From positions 323,454,001 to 323,518,000 of the forward strand of contig OZ024743.1 of NCBI GenBank assembly GCA_964016885.1: a stretch of 64,000 nt of DNA, written 5' to 3'. The notes beneath the pieces are model-generated. The model was not told the DNA's origin and ran no database searches. It saw only the letters and a list, made by a program, of their open reading frames with translations. This DNA is from Eledone cirrhosa. Its lineage: Eukaryota. Positions 13,080 to 33,908 of the stretch are shown here, piece after piece (position 1 is the stretch's first letter; each line of letters opens with the position of its first letter). The translations under genes were made by a program, and so were the position numbers.

Positions 13080-13360
13080 GCATATCCTGCTGCACGTCGG
13101 GCTGAGGAGACCAAACTCTCCAAATACTGGTCGCTCTCCGACAGGTTTGCAGTCGTACCCTTGGTAGTGGAGACTTCTGGTGTCTCGGTCCTAGGGCTAC
13201 CTCCCTACTCACCACCATAGGAAATGAGATAGCCAGCCGCAGGTGTGAGCCTCGCGAGTTGGAATGGCTCTTCCAGCGCATCTCCCTTACCATCCTCCGA
13301 GGAAACGCCTTCTCCAGTCTGTCCGCTGGGGCTGTGGGGAGGCCAGCACGTGGGACCTAA
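13080..13360 (+). mobile_element. CRE-like non-LTR retrotransposon fragment, C-terminus of the restriction-like endonuclease (frameshifted)
   Basis: With one frameshift near 13185 it reads AARRAEETKLSKYWSLSDRFAVVPLVVETSGV-GPRATSLLTTIGNEIASRRCEPRELEWLFQRISLTILRGNAFSSLS. This fits the K..KY / P.VET.G..G / QR.S..I.RGNA pattern of CRE-clade ORF ends. Confidence 0.7.
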
Positions 13361-14959
13361 TTTGCTCACCATACGGAGAGATGGGGAGGACCAGGGAGAT
13401 GAAGGCGATGACAGTGGGAGTTCGACTGACTGATTCTTGTAGCATTCATTTGCCGTTGCTACATTATATCCTTCACATCTCACATACTGTGCATATCTTT
13501 TTAAAAACTTTCTGATACTAAACTGTCTCAATGACCTGGCCCACTGGCCCAGAGTTCACTCTGTTGCAAACACCTGAGCTTGGTCTCCAGTTTGAAAATA
13601 TTTCCCTACCTCCCACCCACCAGCCTTGATTCCCTAACTAAATAATAAAAAATATTTTTTTAAACAGATAATATCCCACACCGAAAAAAACAAACAAAAC
13701 AAGAACGAGATAGTCACGATTGGAACGCCTGTGATCATAGCTCTGTTCGATTAGTATTGACCTGAGCTAACAATACTTGTCCACAAACTAACGACGGAGC
13801 GTCTACGTCGTTGTTCAGCTTGCCAGAAAGTTATTCTTAACAACTGGCGAGATAGTTAGTTTTAATTAAACAGTCGCGCCAAATAGCTACAAATGAAATT
13901 GTTATTGACTCAATTTGAATACATAAGAACGTAATGTTAGTATTAAGCAAAACTATTGGCACGAGTTCAATTTCTGATGCTCTCTAGTGAACACTAAGTA
14001 CTATCTGAACACTTGACTGAACAAATAAAATAGTTGTCTAGAATAATAGATTCTAGCAGTTCTATGAATGGAAATTATAAAGCAAATATATAATAAAACC
14101 ACTCGTTATATATATTTTCCCGGAATATATACATAGTTCATTTATTTTAACTACACAAATTTGGCGAAACAAGTCATTTATAAGAAAGAAATTATATGGC
14201 TTAGTAATTTTTTTAGACAGAAACTTTAGAATAATTTACAACTATTATAAAAACGTAGGTTCTTTGAAAGAGCAAAGAAAGTGAAGCTAATGTATGCTCC
14301 ACCTTAACAAAACCTATTATTTATCGTTTCCCACTTTGCTATGAGTAAAATGTATAATTAAGACTGAAAGAGTCTAGTCTGAACCGAGAGCAGTCTATTT
14401 TCTGCAGACGCAAAATAAATAAGAGGTCGTGAGGGAGGTTAACAATGAGAACAGAAGCTCTATGATGTAAAAACAGAGTATATAACAAACAGTAATACAA
14501 CTCACTTGGTTTGTAGTACTGAGAGAGTGCAGAGGTTTTATTCAGTTTATAGATAGACACACAGAAAAATATACAGACACAAGATTCTCTATATCAAATG
14601 TGAGCGACTGGCAGCTCACAGTTTACGAGAAAGACTATTTCTGCCGTTTCCTGTTTTGCGTGGGTGGTTACAACCTCAATTCATAAATATTTGTCTACAA
14701 CCAAGTTGGCTTGTATCATTTATTGCTTTCATAACTAGCACAGCTATATATACATACACACACGCACATATACATATGTGGCTAATTTACAAAATTAATT
14801 GTTTGAAAATAGGTAAAACGGGAAACTTATAGTCGCAAACTTTATAATTTGAGCATAAAATAAAATTTATAAACTATACTACGTTCATGTCTTGAGTTCT
14901 TTACACCTCGGCATTTTTTTAACAGTTGTGTCTTCATATATGTGAAGAATAATACCAGC

Positions 14960-15570
<611 letters not shown>

Positions 15571-15571
<1 letters not shown>

Positions 15572-16106
15572 CAAAGTGCAGGGCAATAAAGATAGACGGT
15601 AGCCACGGAATAGGCAGACCTAGAAAAACATGGGATGAGCTGATAAACTCCGACCTCACACACTTACACCTCTCCAAGACAATGTCACTGGACCGTGACC
15701 TTTGGCGGTACTCAGTAACAGAGAAGACCCGCCTTGCCAGTAGGCATCTCTAACAAAATACACCCCTCCCGCCGCCACCCCCACCCCATCCACACCACCC
15801 CGTTCTATGTAAAGTTATGTTGGTGCCGCGCCATCCAGGCCGAAACAAATGAGATTGTGTAGGTGTCACGACAAAAAAACACACAGTCCACGCTGTAATG
15901 TGGCCGTGTAGGCAACACGGTAAAAACCTCCCAGACCCACACTGTAAATGTGGTTGGTGTTAGGAAGGGCATCCAACTGTAGAAAACCTGCCAGACAGTC
16001 CTATGCGAGCAAGACAATCACTCTTGCCTCAAGTGGGACTACCCCCGTCCAAACCCATGCAAGCGTGGAACACGGACGTTAAACGTTGATGATGATGATG
16101 ATGATG

Positions 16107-16108
<2 letters not shown>
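15571..16108 (+). mobile_element. 5'-truncated RTE LINE (family 2): ORF end, long 3' UTR and (GAT)n tail
   Basis: [28 protein letters not shown]. Highly similar to the reverse complement of 32995-33680. Confidence 0.85.
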
Positions 16109-22219
<6,111 letters not shown>

Positions 22220-22849
22220 TTAAGGTATCAATGCATTATACATATATACTTATTTCCACACAAAAGCATAAGTGAGAGTTCAAACCAGATCTGTAAAGAT
22301 TTACAAACTTAAGGTATTCAATATACCTGTCAAACTTTAGGTTTCATTTGAATAATATCAGTGAAACAAAAAAGATATAATGGAAAATTATTCAGGTATT
22401 CTGAATTTCTCCGTTAGTTGCTTGTACAGTGCATTAAACTTCCATCTTAACATAGAATATACCTTTACTTATTAATTCTTATCAATTACTTAACGGAAGC
22501 ATCCGCATTAGTTCAATAGCTTTTGTTATTAATTCTTTAAAATTAATAGGTTATTGGGTTAACTTTATTTCGCTTATTATTTTCTTCAAATTTTTAGAGA
22601 TTTGATTATGATCTCTACAAAGTAGACGGTAGAAATAAGCTTTCAAGAATATTTTTCCATTATATATATTTTTTCGTCTCACTGATGACATTGTTTTAAT
22701 AGAAAACCTTCTATGGTCCGCGAACCAATTACACACGCACGCACATAAAATCATAGGAGGTGGGGTAACCAAAACTATAAAAAGTGTTGTTTTCTCCAGA
22801 AAACCCTATCATTGTAAACATTCTAGAGGTTATTTCAATCTGGGAACTG

Positions 22850-22899
<50 letters not shown>

Positions 22900-23702
22900 G
22901 ATTTTAACATCTACAACTACTTCGCATTTTCTTATTCTCTCTCTTTATATATACACGAAATATAATTGCAAGAAATTACAATTAGACAAAACATTATATT
23001 GAATGTTGTTCCCTTTTATCAATCTCTCGGTTAGTGGCTGAAATAACCTGTTGAGTTTTATTTAATCATCCTAGAATACATTAAATTGTTGTTGTTGTTG
23101 TCCCCCCCCCCCCCCCCCCCACACACACACAACACACGCGCAAAAATTACTAACTATGGATATATTACATTATATCAATCCCGCCGAGGTTGACTTTGCC
23201 TTTCATCCTTACGGGGTCGATAAAATAAAGTACCAGTAATGCACTGGAAATTTCTGGCCTTGTGCCTAAAGTAGAAACAATTATATATTTGTATAATAAA
23301 TTTGACTTTTCTGCCAGTTTTGAGTAAACGTTTGTTGTTATCACGTTTATCATATAATAGGTTTGGCTGTACAAACGGGAGGAACAAAACAATACATGGG
23401 TAAAGTTTTAATGTAGCAATGACTCCAGGGCCAGATTTTTCGTGATTAATGTACATTCAACTGAACATAACTCAAGTATGACGCTTGGAAACATTAAGAT
23501 AAATTGTGAAATAAAAATTTTCTAGAAGCTAAAAAGTATAAATAAAATCACGATAAATCAAATCGACTGACTGCGAAGTATGCAATATATATATATAGCC
23601 GGAACAAATACAGCTCATTAGTTAGTAAGTTCTAAATATAAATATTATTTCCGAGTAAATATATTCACGTCGAAAATCGTGTGAACTTTTTAATATCTCT
23701 TA

Positions 23703-24840
<1,138 letters not shown>

Positions 24841-24988
24841 ATGATGAAGTGTGTATTTAAGACTATTTCTCATGCTCCCAACAATGTGTTTATCAAATCA
24901 AAAGGCAAATTTATTTTAACAAAGGGGCCTAAAACAATTATACATAACCAGCAACGATATCTTTGTTCTCAACAAAGTTATAAGACAG
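24841..24988 (+). CDS. Flavin-reductase-like fusion protein, exon 1 of 10 (basic N-terminus, putative mitochondrial presequence)
   Basis: MMKCVFKTISHAPNNVFIKSKGKFILTKGPKTIIHNQQRYLCSQQSYKT contains no D/E. Donor CAG|GTAAGT, phase 1, matches exon 2. Confidence 0.75.
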
Positions 24989-26639
24989 GTAAGTTCTTTA
25001 ATTACATTGATGAATATTTACAATTCATTCACATCAACTTCGCCTTTCACAAATATGTATATTATATAATTGATTATCAACGTGTTTTTACCGGTTACAA
25101 TTCTAGCTTTTAGCTATTTAAATTAATTTATAGCAGTAAGTGAAATTAAATAAATAATCCAGAATCTCATTTCTGAATTTACAAATCTTTCGGGTTAGGC
25201 ATTCATACAACTCCGACAATTTGTACTTTTATTATCACATAACATATATATACGATTACATAAAAATACATATAATCAATTAATTATTGCTATGAACCAT
25301 ATAAATATAATACTTAACATTAAGATTGTATGTCTAGGACGTATTAACAGGGGAATCTCTATGCTGTTGCAGGTCTTCCTAGAATCATCCCACAAATTAA
25401 ATTAAAAGAAAAGAATACCACATTGTATTAGTGAGTTAGTGATCGATATTGGAGAGAGATGTACTAATAATTATGACGTATTTTTTCTTCGAATATAAGT
25501 AGCATATATACTGGAGTTGATTGTTTTTACGCCCACTCTATAGCGATGAATATATTTTAAATAAAATTAACAAAAATAACTAATGTTGAGAATACAAATG
25601 AAAATATACATTAAAAGCGGCGGGCGTAAACAGTCGACACACGTGTTATGTCTGTAGAGACGATGAGTCTCTTAGTTCGAACAACGGAAAGTTGGCTCGT
25701 AAAATTTACGTGTTGATGACAGCAATCCACAAATACGTGTTTTTAACATTGTTCTCAAGGAGATTCAGTGTGTGACAAGGCTAGCCTTTTGAATTACAGA
25801 TACATTTTTTCCCCGATGAGTGGATTTTGAGATAAAGTGTGTTGCCCAATGCTCAGCTGGGAGTCGAACTTAGCTACTATCGAGGATATGCTTATATTTA
25901 AGGAAGGAAATTATTCAATAAAGAACAGTTATTAGAAAATGAAGCTATTCATTTTGCACACTGATCCTTATATCGTCGGATAATGTAGCCTTAAATATGG
26001 TCAGTTTGTGTGTGTCTGTGTGGGATAAATTTATTACCCCACATACACACAATTTCAGTGAGAAATAACCTTTTTTTTTTCGTGTGCTCTCAACTAATCT
26101 TACCTCCGAACATGCCGCAAAGGATTATTTTCCCTGGAAAATGGGGCAAGGGACCCTCGGACCTGCCCCGCTTCCGCTCCACAGGAGTTTTCTCTACCTT
26201 TTTTCTTTCTTTTTTTTACTACCTGTCTTGTATCCAATATGACTCCAAACACGTCGCAAACAGCCTTTTTTGTTCGTTTGTTTTTTTAATCGTAGTTTTC
26301 TTGTTTTCTTTAAAATGTTTTATTTTGTGTTAACAAATCAAAACTGTTGGGAATTAGTCGTGTTTTAGTTAAAATTAAAAAAAATAAAAGAATATTTCAA
26401 ATGATACAAATGTGATTTGAAAAGCATTGAAATTACCTTATGCAGTAGGATAATCCTGTACTCTCGGGTCCCAAATAATAGGGATGGGGTAGAATAAGCA
26501 GGCTTGGGGTGGAAAATCAGTAATTTTTATAATAATGAAAATTGTGTTCAGTGCTCAGGTGCATGTATAGTACATAGAATAATGTACAAATGTGAAGAAA
26601 GTGAACAGTGTATGAGTCATGATATACTCACACATGCGT

Positions 26640-27690
26640 GCGTGTGTATGGAGGGGGAATATCAGGTGTAGTGTTGGCGAATTTCGGGAAGCATAGACGT
26701 TTTGAAGGATGCAGTGCCCCGACAGGCAGTTTGTTCCATGCTTCAGCAACTCTGTTTCCAAAAGTCACGGGATCTATGCTATTTTCTGATTTTGTAAGCA
26801 TGTCCACGATGTTAGACACATGGAATTCAAAAAGGCGCTCAGGGTTGTTGTTGGCAAGATGGTTCTTGTGGGTGTCTATTAAGTCAGTTGCCAGACATTT
26901 GAGCTCTAATGTATCCATGCCCAGGGAAGCAAGGCATTCAGAGTATGGTAGATGCCTGGTGGCAGGTATTCGTTTGGTTGCACATTTTCTAACAGTTTTC
27001 TGAACAATTTCCAGGAGATCAATATTCTGAGCAAGATAGGGGTTTTAGACTGGTGATGCAAATTCTAAGTGTCAATGCACCATAGCTATATACAGCTTTA
27101 AATAGATAGCTGGAGAGCAGCTGAGAAAGGTCTTACTAAGTAATGCTAAAACACCCTCGGTCTTCTTGACAATTTTAGAGATGTGCTTTGTCCAATACAA
27201 ATCGCTGTTGACAATAATACCCAGGTCACATTCACAAGAAGACTTCTTGAGATTGGTGTTGTGGAGGGATTATGTAAATGCTGGGATTTTCCTCCCAAAA
27301 TGCATTCTGTACAGGTCTGATTGGAGGAAAGATCTGTAGCATACAGTTTGATGTCACCTGCGTATTTCAGTAATGTGGCATTCTTAAAGTTGGCATCTAT
27401 GTCATTAATATATCCAACAAATAAAAGGGGACCAAGAACAGATCCCTGTGGTACACCAGATGTCATCTCATAGGGTGAAGAATGCTGTCCTATAACCATG
27501 ACTACATCTTTTCGACTGAGAAAGAAAGACTTCAACCAGTTATAAAGATCATTTCTCACACCCATTGCAGAGAGTAAGTTTGTTGTGTGCCACAGAATTA
27601 AAAGCTTTAGCTAAGTCCAGATAAATAACATCCACCCACGAGCTGCCATCAGTGATTCAGGTAAGGTCTTTAACAGCTGGAGTTATTCGA
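26640..27690 (-). mobile_element. Decayed CR1-group LINE RT fragment
   Basis: VDVIYLDLAKAF, SGVPQGSVLGPLLFVGYINDI, YAGDIKL, NRVAEAWNKLP, with stops and frameshifts. Confidence 0.85.
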
Positions 27691-27859
27691 GACTATAGAG
27701 TATGTCTTCTGTGTCCAGATTTGTAGCAGGTTCATTCAAGATAATGCTTCGCAAGCCATCTGGGAGTGGGTGATATAAATTGGATGCCTCAATATAAAAA
27801 AAAGATGCAACAGGTATTTTTTTGTTGTTTTTAATTCGAGAAATATATAAATATCTGAC

Positions 27860-28140
27860 CAGGTACCGGTGTAGATATTTTGACCCACTCTTTTAAATTC
27901 CACCAAAGTCATTCAATGTTTTTGCGTGTGTATGTGGGCTGTCAACGAAATTTTCAGAATTATACTCCAGATTGTTTAGATTCTTGTAGTCAGCCCAAGA
28001 ATCACTGCAAATGACTGAGTGAGATATGATATATTTTTGAAGGAGAGGAATCAATGTCACTTTGTCACATTTTTTACCAGTTATAAGTACAACAAAGCGA
28101 CATTTACTAGTTTGTTCTATTCCACCAAACAATCGAACTT
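27860..28140 (-). mobile_element. Merlin (IS1016/ISXO2-like DDE) transposase fragment
   Basis: FGGIEQTSKCRFVV..CDKVTLIPLLQKYI..SVICSDSWADYKNL..NSENFVD matches the ISXO2 core pattern (FGG.ER..RD..TL.P.I...I.SD.W..Y..L..NHS.NFVD). Confidence 0.75.
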
Positions 28141-28825
28141 AGTTTGGAATCCAATCACTTCTATATTTCGTGGCCAATAAATCAACTACCAGTCCAGTAC
28201 TTGTGTTGATTCTTTTCTGCTTCACTTTCTCACTTTTATCTTGCTCTCTCCTTCTCCAAAAAGAGTTAGCTGGGTACAAACCTTGAGAGGGATGGTCTCC
28301 ACCAGTTATTAAAATGCTCATCAATCATCATCATCATCATCATTTAACATCTATTTTTCCAAGATTACAAGGGTTGTCACATTGAAACCAGTCAGGTTTG
28401 GAAACCACATCTTGCTCACACGGATCTGTATTTTGGTTTGGTTTCTACAGCTTGATGCCCTTCCTAATGCCAACCAATATATATATAGGAAAATTAACAA
28501 AAAGAGGACAAGACAATGAATGAAAACAAAGCAAAACCAAAAACAATTTTTTAAAGTGGAAACCTTAAAAAATAATTTTCAAAAAATACTAACAAAAGAT
28601 ACAGAACACCAGGATCATTGGCCATTGAGATGGACTTTGGCAGTTTCAACCCTACCAATGATATTGCTAGTCCACCTGGGGTCACATCATCTGACACAAG
28701 CCAAAGTGCTGTCCAGTAGAGTAAGACTCGAGACAAAACAATATGTATATATATCAAGTCCCATAATTGTGATATTAATTGTCTTTTATAAATGTTCTGA
28801 AAACGCTACATCTGTTTCATTTCAG

Positions 28826-28912
28826 AAACAGTTCAAACTCATACAACTAATTGTTCAACAAATGTGAACCCAGAAAAATATCGGTATATGATGAGAAAAC
28901 TGCCCCAGCCAG
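28826..28912 (+). CDS. Flavin-reductase-like fusion protein, exon 2
   Basis: ttcag| ETVQTHTTNCSTNVNPEKYRYMMRKLPQP |gtaag. 87 nt, phase 1 to 1. Confidence 0.88.
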
Positions 28913-29419
28913 GTAAGAATTTTTTCTTATATACTCCTGCTGTATAGTCACGTACTGAGGTTGATTGAATCAACTTTTCCCTCCCACTAAGATTGCTGGC
29001 CTTGTGCCTAAACCAGAAACCATTATTATTATTATAAAATATCATTTTCCTCTCTTGACATCCTTAACTTTTGCCGTGAAACCCACATGACCACTGTACA
29101 GTGTGGACTGGGTGCTTTTTGCTGTGACACACAACAAGTTCTGGTTATAGAGGTAGCATGAATGTGTTAGTTCTGTTTATAGAGGTGGCATGATTCTGGT
29201 GGAAGGCACTTTTGCCTTTGGTACATTAAAGTAATTCAGGGCTTTGTGTGTGAAGCCCTAAATTTGGTAGTTTCCTCTTCTATTGGGGGACCTTTTTTGT
29301 TTTGATATTTTATTGTTTTTACTTGATCTAAACCTATTGATTTTCTATTTCATCCTTGTACTTCCTCCATCTTTGGCTCTTGTGGCCAATAAAATAACTC
29401 ATTGTTATTATTTTTACTA

Positions 29420-29845
29420 GGGCAGTGGATTGGCAGTATCAGTAGAGCGTCGGACAACATGCTTTGCGGCATAGAGTTGCGTCCCTTTACCTTCTGAGTT
29501 TAAATCCTGCCGAGGTTAGTTTTGCCTTTCATCCTTATGGGGTTGATAAAATAAAGTACCAGTCACATACTGGGGTCAATATAATCGACTTTCCCCTTCT
29601 CCCAAATTACTGGCTTTGTACCTAAATCAGAAACCATTATTATTGAGTATATATTGAGGGCGGTGGATTGGCAGTATCGGTAGAGGGTCGGACGCCATGC
29701 TTTGCAGCAAAGAGTTACGGCCCTTTATGGTCTGAGTTCAAATCCCACCGAGGTTAACTTTGCCTTTCATCCTTACTGGGTCGATAAAATAAAATACCAG
29801 TAATGCTCTGAGTGATTGCTGGCCTTGTGCCAAAAGTAGAAACAA
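29420..29845 (+). mobile_element. Two tandem SINE family A copies
   Basis: Heads at about 29420 and 29658, each with a B-box and the gataaaataaa..accag core. Confidence 0.85.
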
Positions 29846-29895
29846 TGTACCATGTCTTAAAAAAACAGTCAATAATCAATTATTTTTATTTTTAG

Positions 29896-30025
29896 TTGTC
29901 CTGGTGACCACTGCAGTGTTTAAACCAGAAATTGACAGTTGGTTTAAGAGAGGCCTAACTTGTACTTCATTACTCAGTATTTCTCTCCATCCTCCCTTTG
30001 TTTCATTCTGCCTATATAAACACAG
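29896..30025 (+). CDS. Flavin-reductase-like fusion protein, exon 3
   Basis: tttag| VVLVTTAVFKPEIDSWFKRGLTCTSLLSISLHPPFVSFCLYKH |gtgag. Contains the G.T..S..S.SL.PP flavin reductase motif. 130 nt, phase 1 to 2. Confidence 0.9.
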
Positions 30026-30169
30026 GTGAGAACTTAATGATTTTTTTTTTCTTGTTATATATTTTTACTGCTCTCACCCCTTTTCTCAATCAGTTTTGAA
30101 GGTCCAACAAAATTTTATGGTGTCTTGTCGAATAAGCTATTACAATTTTTAAAATTTTATGTGTAGATG

Positions 30170-30995
30170 TACGAGATCTGTTTGAAAAGTAATGGGACTG
30201 GTGTCACAAAGTTATTTCAATTCTAAACAACAAACTACATGGTTTCCCCTTCAAAGTAATCCCCTTTGATTCTAATGCTCTTTTCCATCCTTCTCTGCCA
30301 TGCTTCAATGCACTACTGGAAGGATTCTTCTGGGATGCCCCTCAACTCCTTTGTTATGGCGCCCTTGATGACTCCCTTGAGCTTGGGGAAAAGGAAAGTC
30401 AGACGAAGCAAGATCAGGGGAATAAGGAGGTTGTCCCAGTACAGCGATGTTCTTCTTGGCCAGGAACTTCCAGATGCTCAGGGAATTGTGAGCCGGTGAT
30501 CTTCCGCATGCCCAAATCTTTGGTAATAATCTTCCAAAAGCTGTTGAGGTTCATGCCCAGCTCACTTGCGATCAGTCAGCCGACAATGGCCACACGCACT
30601 CAGCGTTTGCTTCAGTCCTGCTAGTTGAAGACCTTCCATTCCTGGGGTCATCTTCCACATCCTTGCATCTCTTTAAACTTTTGTGCCATGAGCGTGACAT
30701 CATCTCATCTTTGTACACTTGCAGCAGTATTCCGAGTGCTTCTGATGGAGTTTTCCCCAGCCAGACCAGAAACTTCAAGTTGATTTGTTGCTCTGTACCC
30801 AATGCTTGATTGCCTAAAATTGAGTTGCTGTAAACAAAAGCATGCCAAAAAATATATAATGGCAGCAGAGAGCTGAGATTGCAGTTATATACTTCCCAGA
30901 TATTATGTCACATGGTGATGCAACTCGCTAATCCCTACCCAAATTATAGCTCACACAGCACACTAAGTCCTGTTACTTTTCAGACACACCTCATA
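30170..30995 (-). mobile_element. Internally deleted mariner element
   Basis: Degenerate TIRs TAcgagatctgtttgaaaagtaatgggact and (reverse complement) TAtgaggtgtgtctgaaaagtaacaggact. HTH region EQQINLKFLVWLGKTPSEALGILLQVY..VEDDPRNGRSSTS. Confidence 0.8.
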
Positions 30996-31323
30996 TATGT
31001 ATATATGAGTATGCAAATATATATGTGTGTGTTCATTATATTTAAATTATTCTAATTCGTGAAGGTGTGTGGCTGAGTGGTTAGGTTGGTTGGTTCATGA
31101 TTGTAAGGTCGTGAGTTTGATTTCCACCAGGTGGTATGTTGTATCTTTGAGCTAGACACTTCATTTCATGTCTGGGGACTTATCATCCCTTTCTACTGTA
31201 TTAACATCGAAAGCTCTAGTACCAGAACAAAATAATCTGTTACTGACACTGCCTCACGTTTCTCCACACAAGGATGAGATGGAGCCATCCATTTTTCATG
31301 AAAATTTTTTCTTCTAATTTCAG

Positions 31324-31387
31324 TAAAATATCAGAACTTCTTCATCAAAGTCAACAATTTGCTGTCAATTTCATCAATGAACATCAG
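31324..31387 (+). CDS. Flavin-reductase-like fusion protein, exon 4
   Basis: tttcag| SKISELLHQSQQFAVNFINEHQ |gttag. FAVN motif. 64 nt, phase 2 to 0. Confidence 0.88.
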
Positions 31388-31522
31388 GTTAGATAAATTA
31401 TATTTACTGACTTCAGTATCTTCATTGTAAAATATTCCTTTTTATAGAACCGGAAGTAAACAAATCTTAACATTTATCAAGGCATGTGTGTGTTCATGTA
31501 TTTCCATGTATGTATATATATA

Positions 31523-32932
31523 TAATCATCATCATCATATGTCTGCTTTTCCCTGCTTGCAAGGGTGGAGCGGTCCTATTCAGCACAGCATCTCTCCACT
31601 TGTCACGGTCCTTCATCACCTCCTCCGTGAGTTTCAGCGATCTGAGGTTTGCTCTCACCACTTCTGCCCATGATTTTTGTGGTCTTTCTTCTACTGGGAT
31701 TTCTTGGCACTTCTTTACTCAGCGGTCATCCTCCATGCGCATCACATATCCATACCATCTCAGTCTTCTCTCCTGCAACCACAACTTATCCCTCTTATAC
31801 CCAGTTTCTCTTTCAACTCATCTATGCTTGGTCATTCACGCACATCCAACGGAGCATGCTTGCTTCATTTCTCTCCAACCGTTGCATATCCTCTGCAGTT
31901 GCTGCCTATGTCTCACTACCATGCAGCATCGTGCATCTCACACAGGCATCATATAACCGGCCTTTCGTATGTAGGGAGAAACCCTTCTTTGTCAATAGAG
32001 GAAGCAGCTCCCTAAATTTCTTCCAACCCATCCTTAATCTAGATACTATGGCCTCGAAACACCCTCCTCCCATGCTAATCTGATCACCTAGGTACCGGAA
32101 GCTATCAGCCATTTCTATAGAACCCACCTGCATTTGAAAAATGTGTCTATCACTGCGATTACTACTGCTAACTTTCCCTGTACATCTACTGCATACATAG
32201 TTTTCCCTACCTGTTAGTTTGCCTGCTATCCCACTACATTTCTTGTGTACCCAAGATCTGCATTGCGTACATTTTATAGAATTTATGCCAGTTCCTTTTC
32301 TACATATCGAACATGGCCATTTCCCTGATGGAATCCGAGTTTTGTCCTCTTTTCTACTTATCAACACTTTTGTCTTATCTATGTTCACTTTCAGGCCTCT
32401 TGATTCCAACTGCTGTTTCCATAGCCAGAATTTATTCTCTAGCTCCTCTACTGATTCTGCTATAAGAACTAGATCATCAGCATAGAGAAGTTTCCATGGG
32501 CAGCCAGTCTTAAACTCCTCTGTTATGGCTTGGAGGACTATAAGGAACAAGAGTGGGCTGAGGACTGAACCCTGATGTACACCTACTTGTATCTGGAATT
32601 CCTCACTAAACTCCATTCCTATTGTCACACCTACTGACAGCACCCCTGTACATAGCTTGCACTGCCCTCACAAGCCATTCCTCTACACCTAGTTTCCTTA
32701 GGGACCACCAGATGACAGATCGGGGTACCCTATCAAAGGCCTTCTCTAAGTCAACAAAAGCTAAGTATAGTGGCTTATGCTTCTCTAAGAACTTCTCTTG
32801 TAGTTGTCTCACTAAGAAGAGGGCATCTGTTGTACTTTTCCGAGGCACAAAATCAAACCGCATCTCATCTAATTTGACCCTTTCTCTAATTAGTTGCACT
32901 AATATTCTCTCTGCCACTTTCATAACCTGACC
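31523..32932 (-). mobile_element. 5'-truncated RTE LINE (family 1): RT domain, PHD-like finger and tail
   Basis: AFVDLEKAFDRVPR, GVHQGSVLSPLLF, LLYADDL, CSIC..CTQC..WVHKKC..CSRC, FRYLG, MLHGSET, (gat)n tail. Confidence 0.9.
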
Positions 32933-32994
32933 CATATATATATATATATATATGTTACTTGAGTGTAATTATGGGTGTATATGTATGAGTGTCT

Positions 32995-33680
32995 ATCATC
33001 ATCGTTTAACGTCCATGTTCCACGCTTGCAAGGGTTTGGACGGGAGTTTTCCCACTTGAGGCAAGAGTGGTTGTCTTGCTCGCATATGACTGTCTGGCGG
33101 GTTTTCTACAGCTGGATGCCCTTCCTAACACCAACCACATTTACAGTGTGGGACTGGGAGGTTTTAACCGTGTTGCCTACACGGCCACATTACAGCGTGG
33201 ACTGTGTTTTTTTGTTGTGACACTTACACGATCTCATTTGTTTCGGCCTGGATGTTGTGGCACCAACATAACTTTACATTGAAAGGGGTGGTGTGGATGG
33301 AGTGAGGGTGGTGGGACGGGGGTGTATTTTGTTAGATGCCTACTGACTGTAGTAGGTTTTACTTTGTATTTAGGTAAGGCGGGTCTTCTCTATTACTGAG
33401 TACCGCCAAAGATTTCGGTCCAGTGACATTGTCTTGGAGAGGTGTAAGTGTGTGAGGTCGGAATTTATCAGGTCGTCCCAGGTTTTTCTGGGTCTGCCTA
33501 CTCCGTGGCTACCGTCTATCTTTATTGCCCTGCACTTTTTTATACAGCTGTCGTCTTTCATGCGCATCACGTGACTATACCAACGTAGCCTTCTCTCGAG
33601 TAAACATCTGATCCCTCTTATTTCTAATTTTTTCCTTAGTTCGATTATGCTTTGCCGTTCATGTATATTACTATTATGTC
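32995..33680 (-). mobile_element. 5'-truncated RTE LINE (family 2)
   Basis: [39 protein letters not shown], then the long 3' UTR and (gat)n. Confidence 0.85.
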
Positions 33681-33908
33681 TATATATGTATATATATATA
33701 TATGTATATATGTGTATATATATATATATGTATATATATATATACATGCATCATTTTCTGTCCCTGAAGTTATTTTACCTGATTTTCTAATGTTATTATC
33801 ATTGTATCAACATTGTTTGGATATCAACATTTCAAATTCCTTTTAACTCTGAGTGCCAATGCTTATTTTGATATTTGACTGCTGAAGGCTGGGATTATAC
33901 AGTAATTT

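Noticed and set aside
13015-13531. Four overlapping ORFs as a possible MRM2 exon 2 or a new gene
   Set aside because: No FtsJ motifs. They are off-frame or antisense readings of the CRE-like relic.
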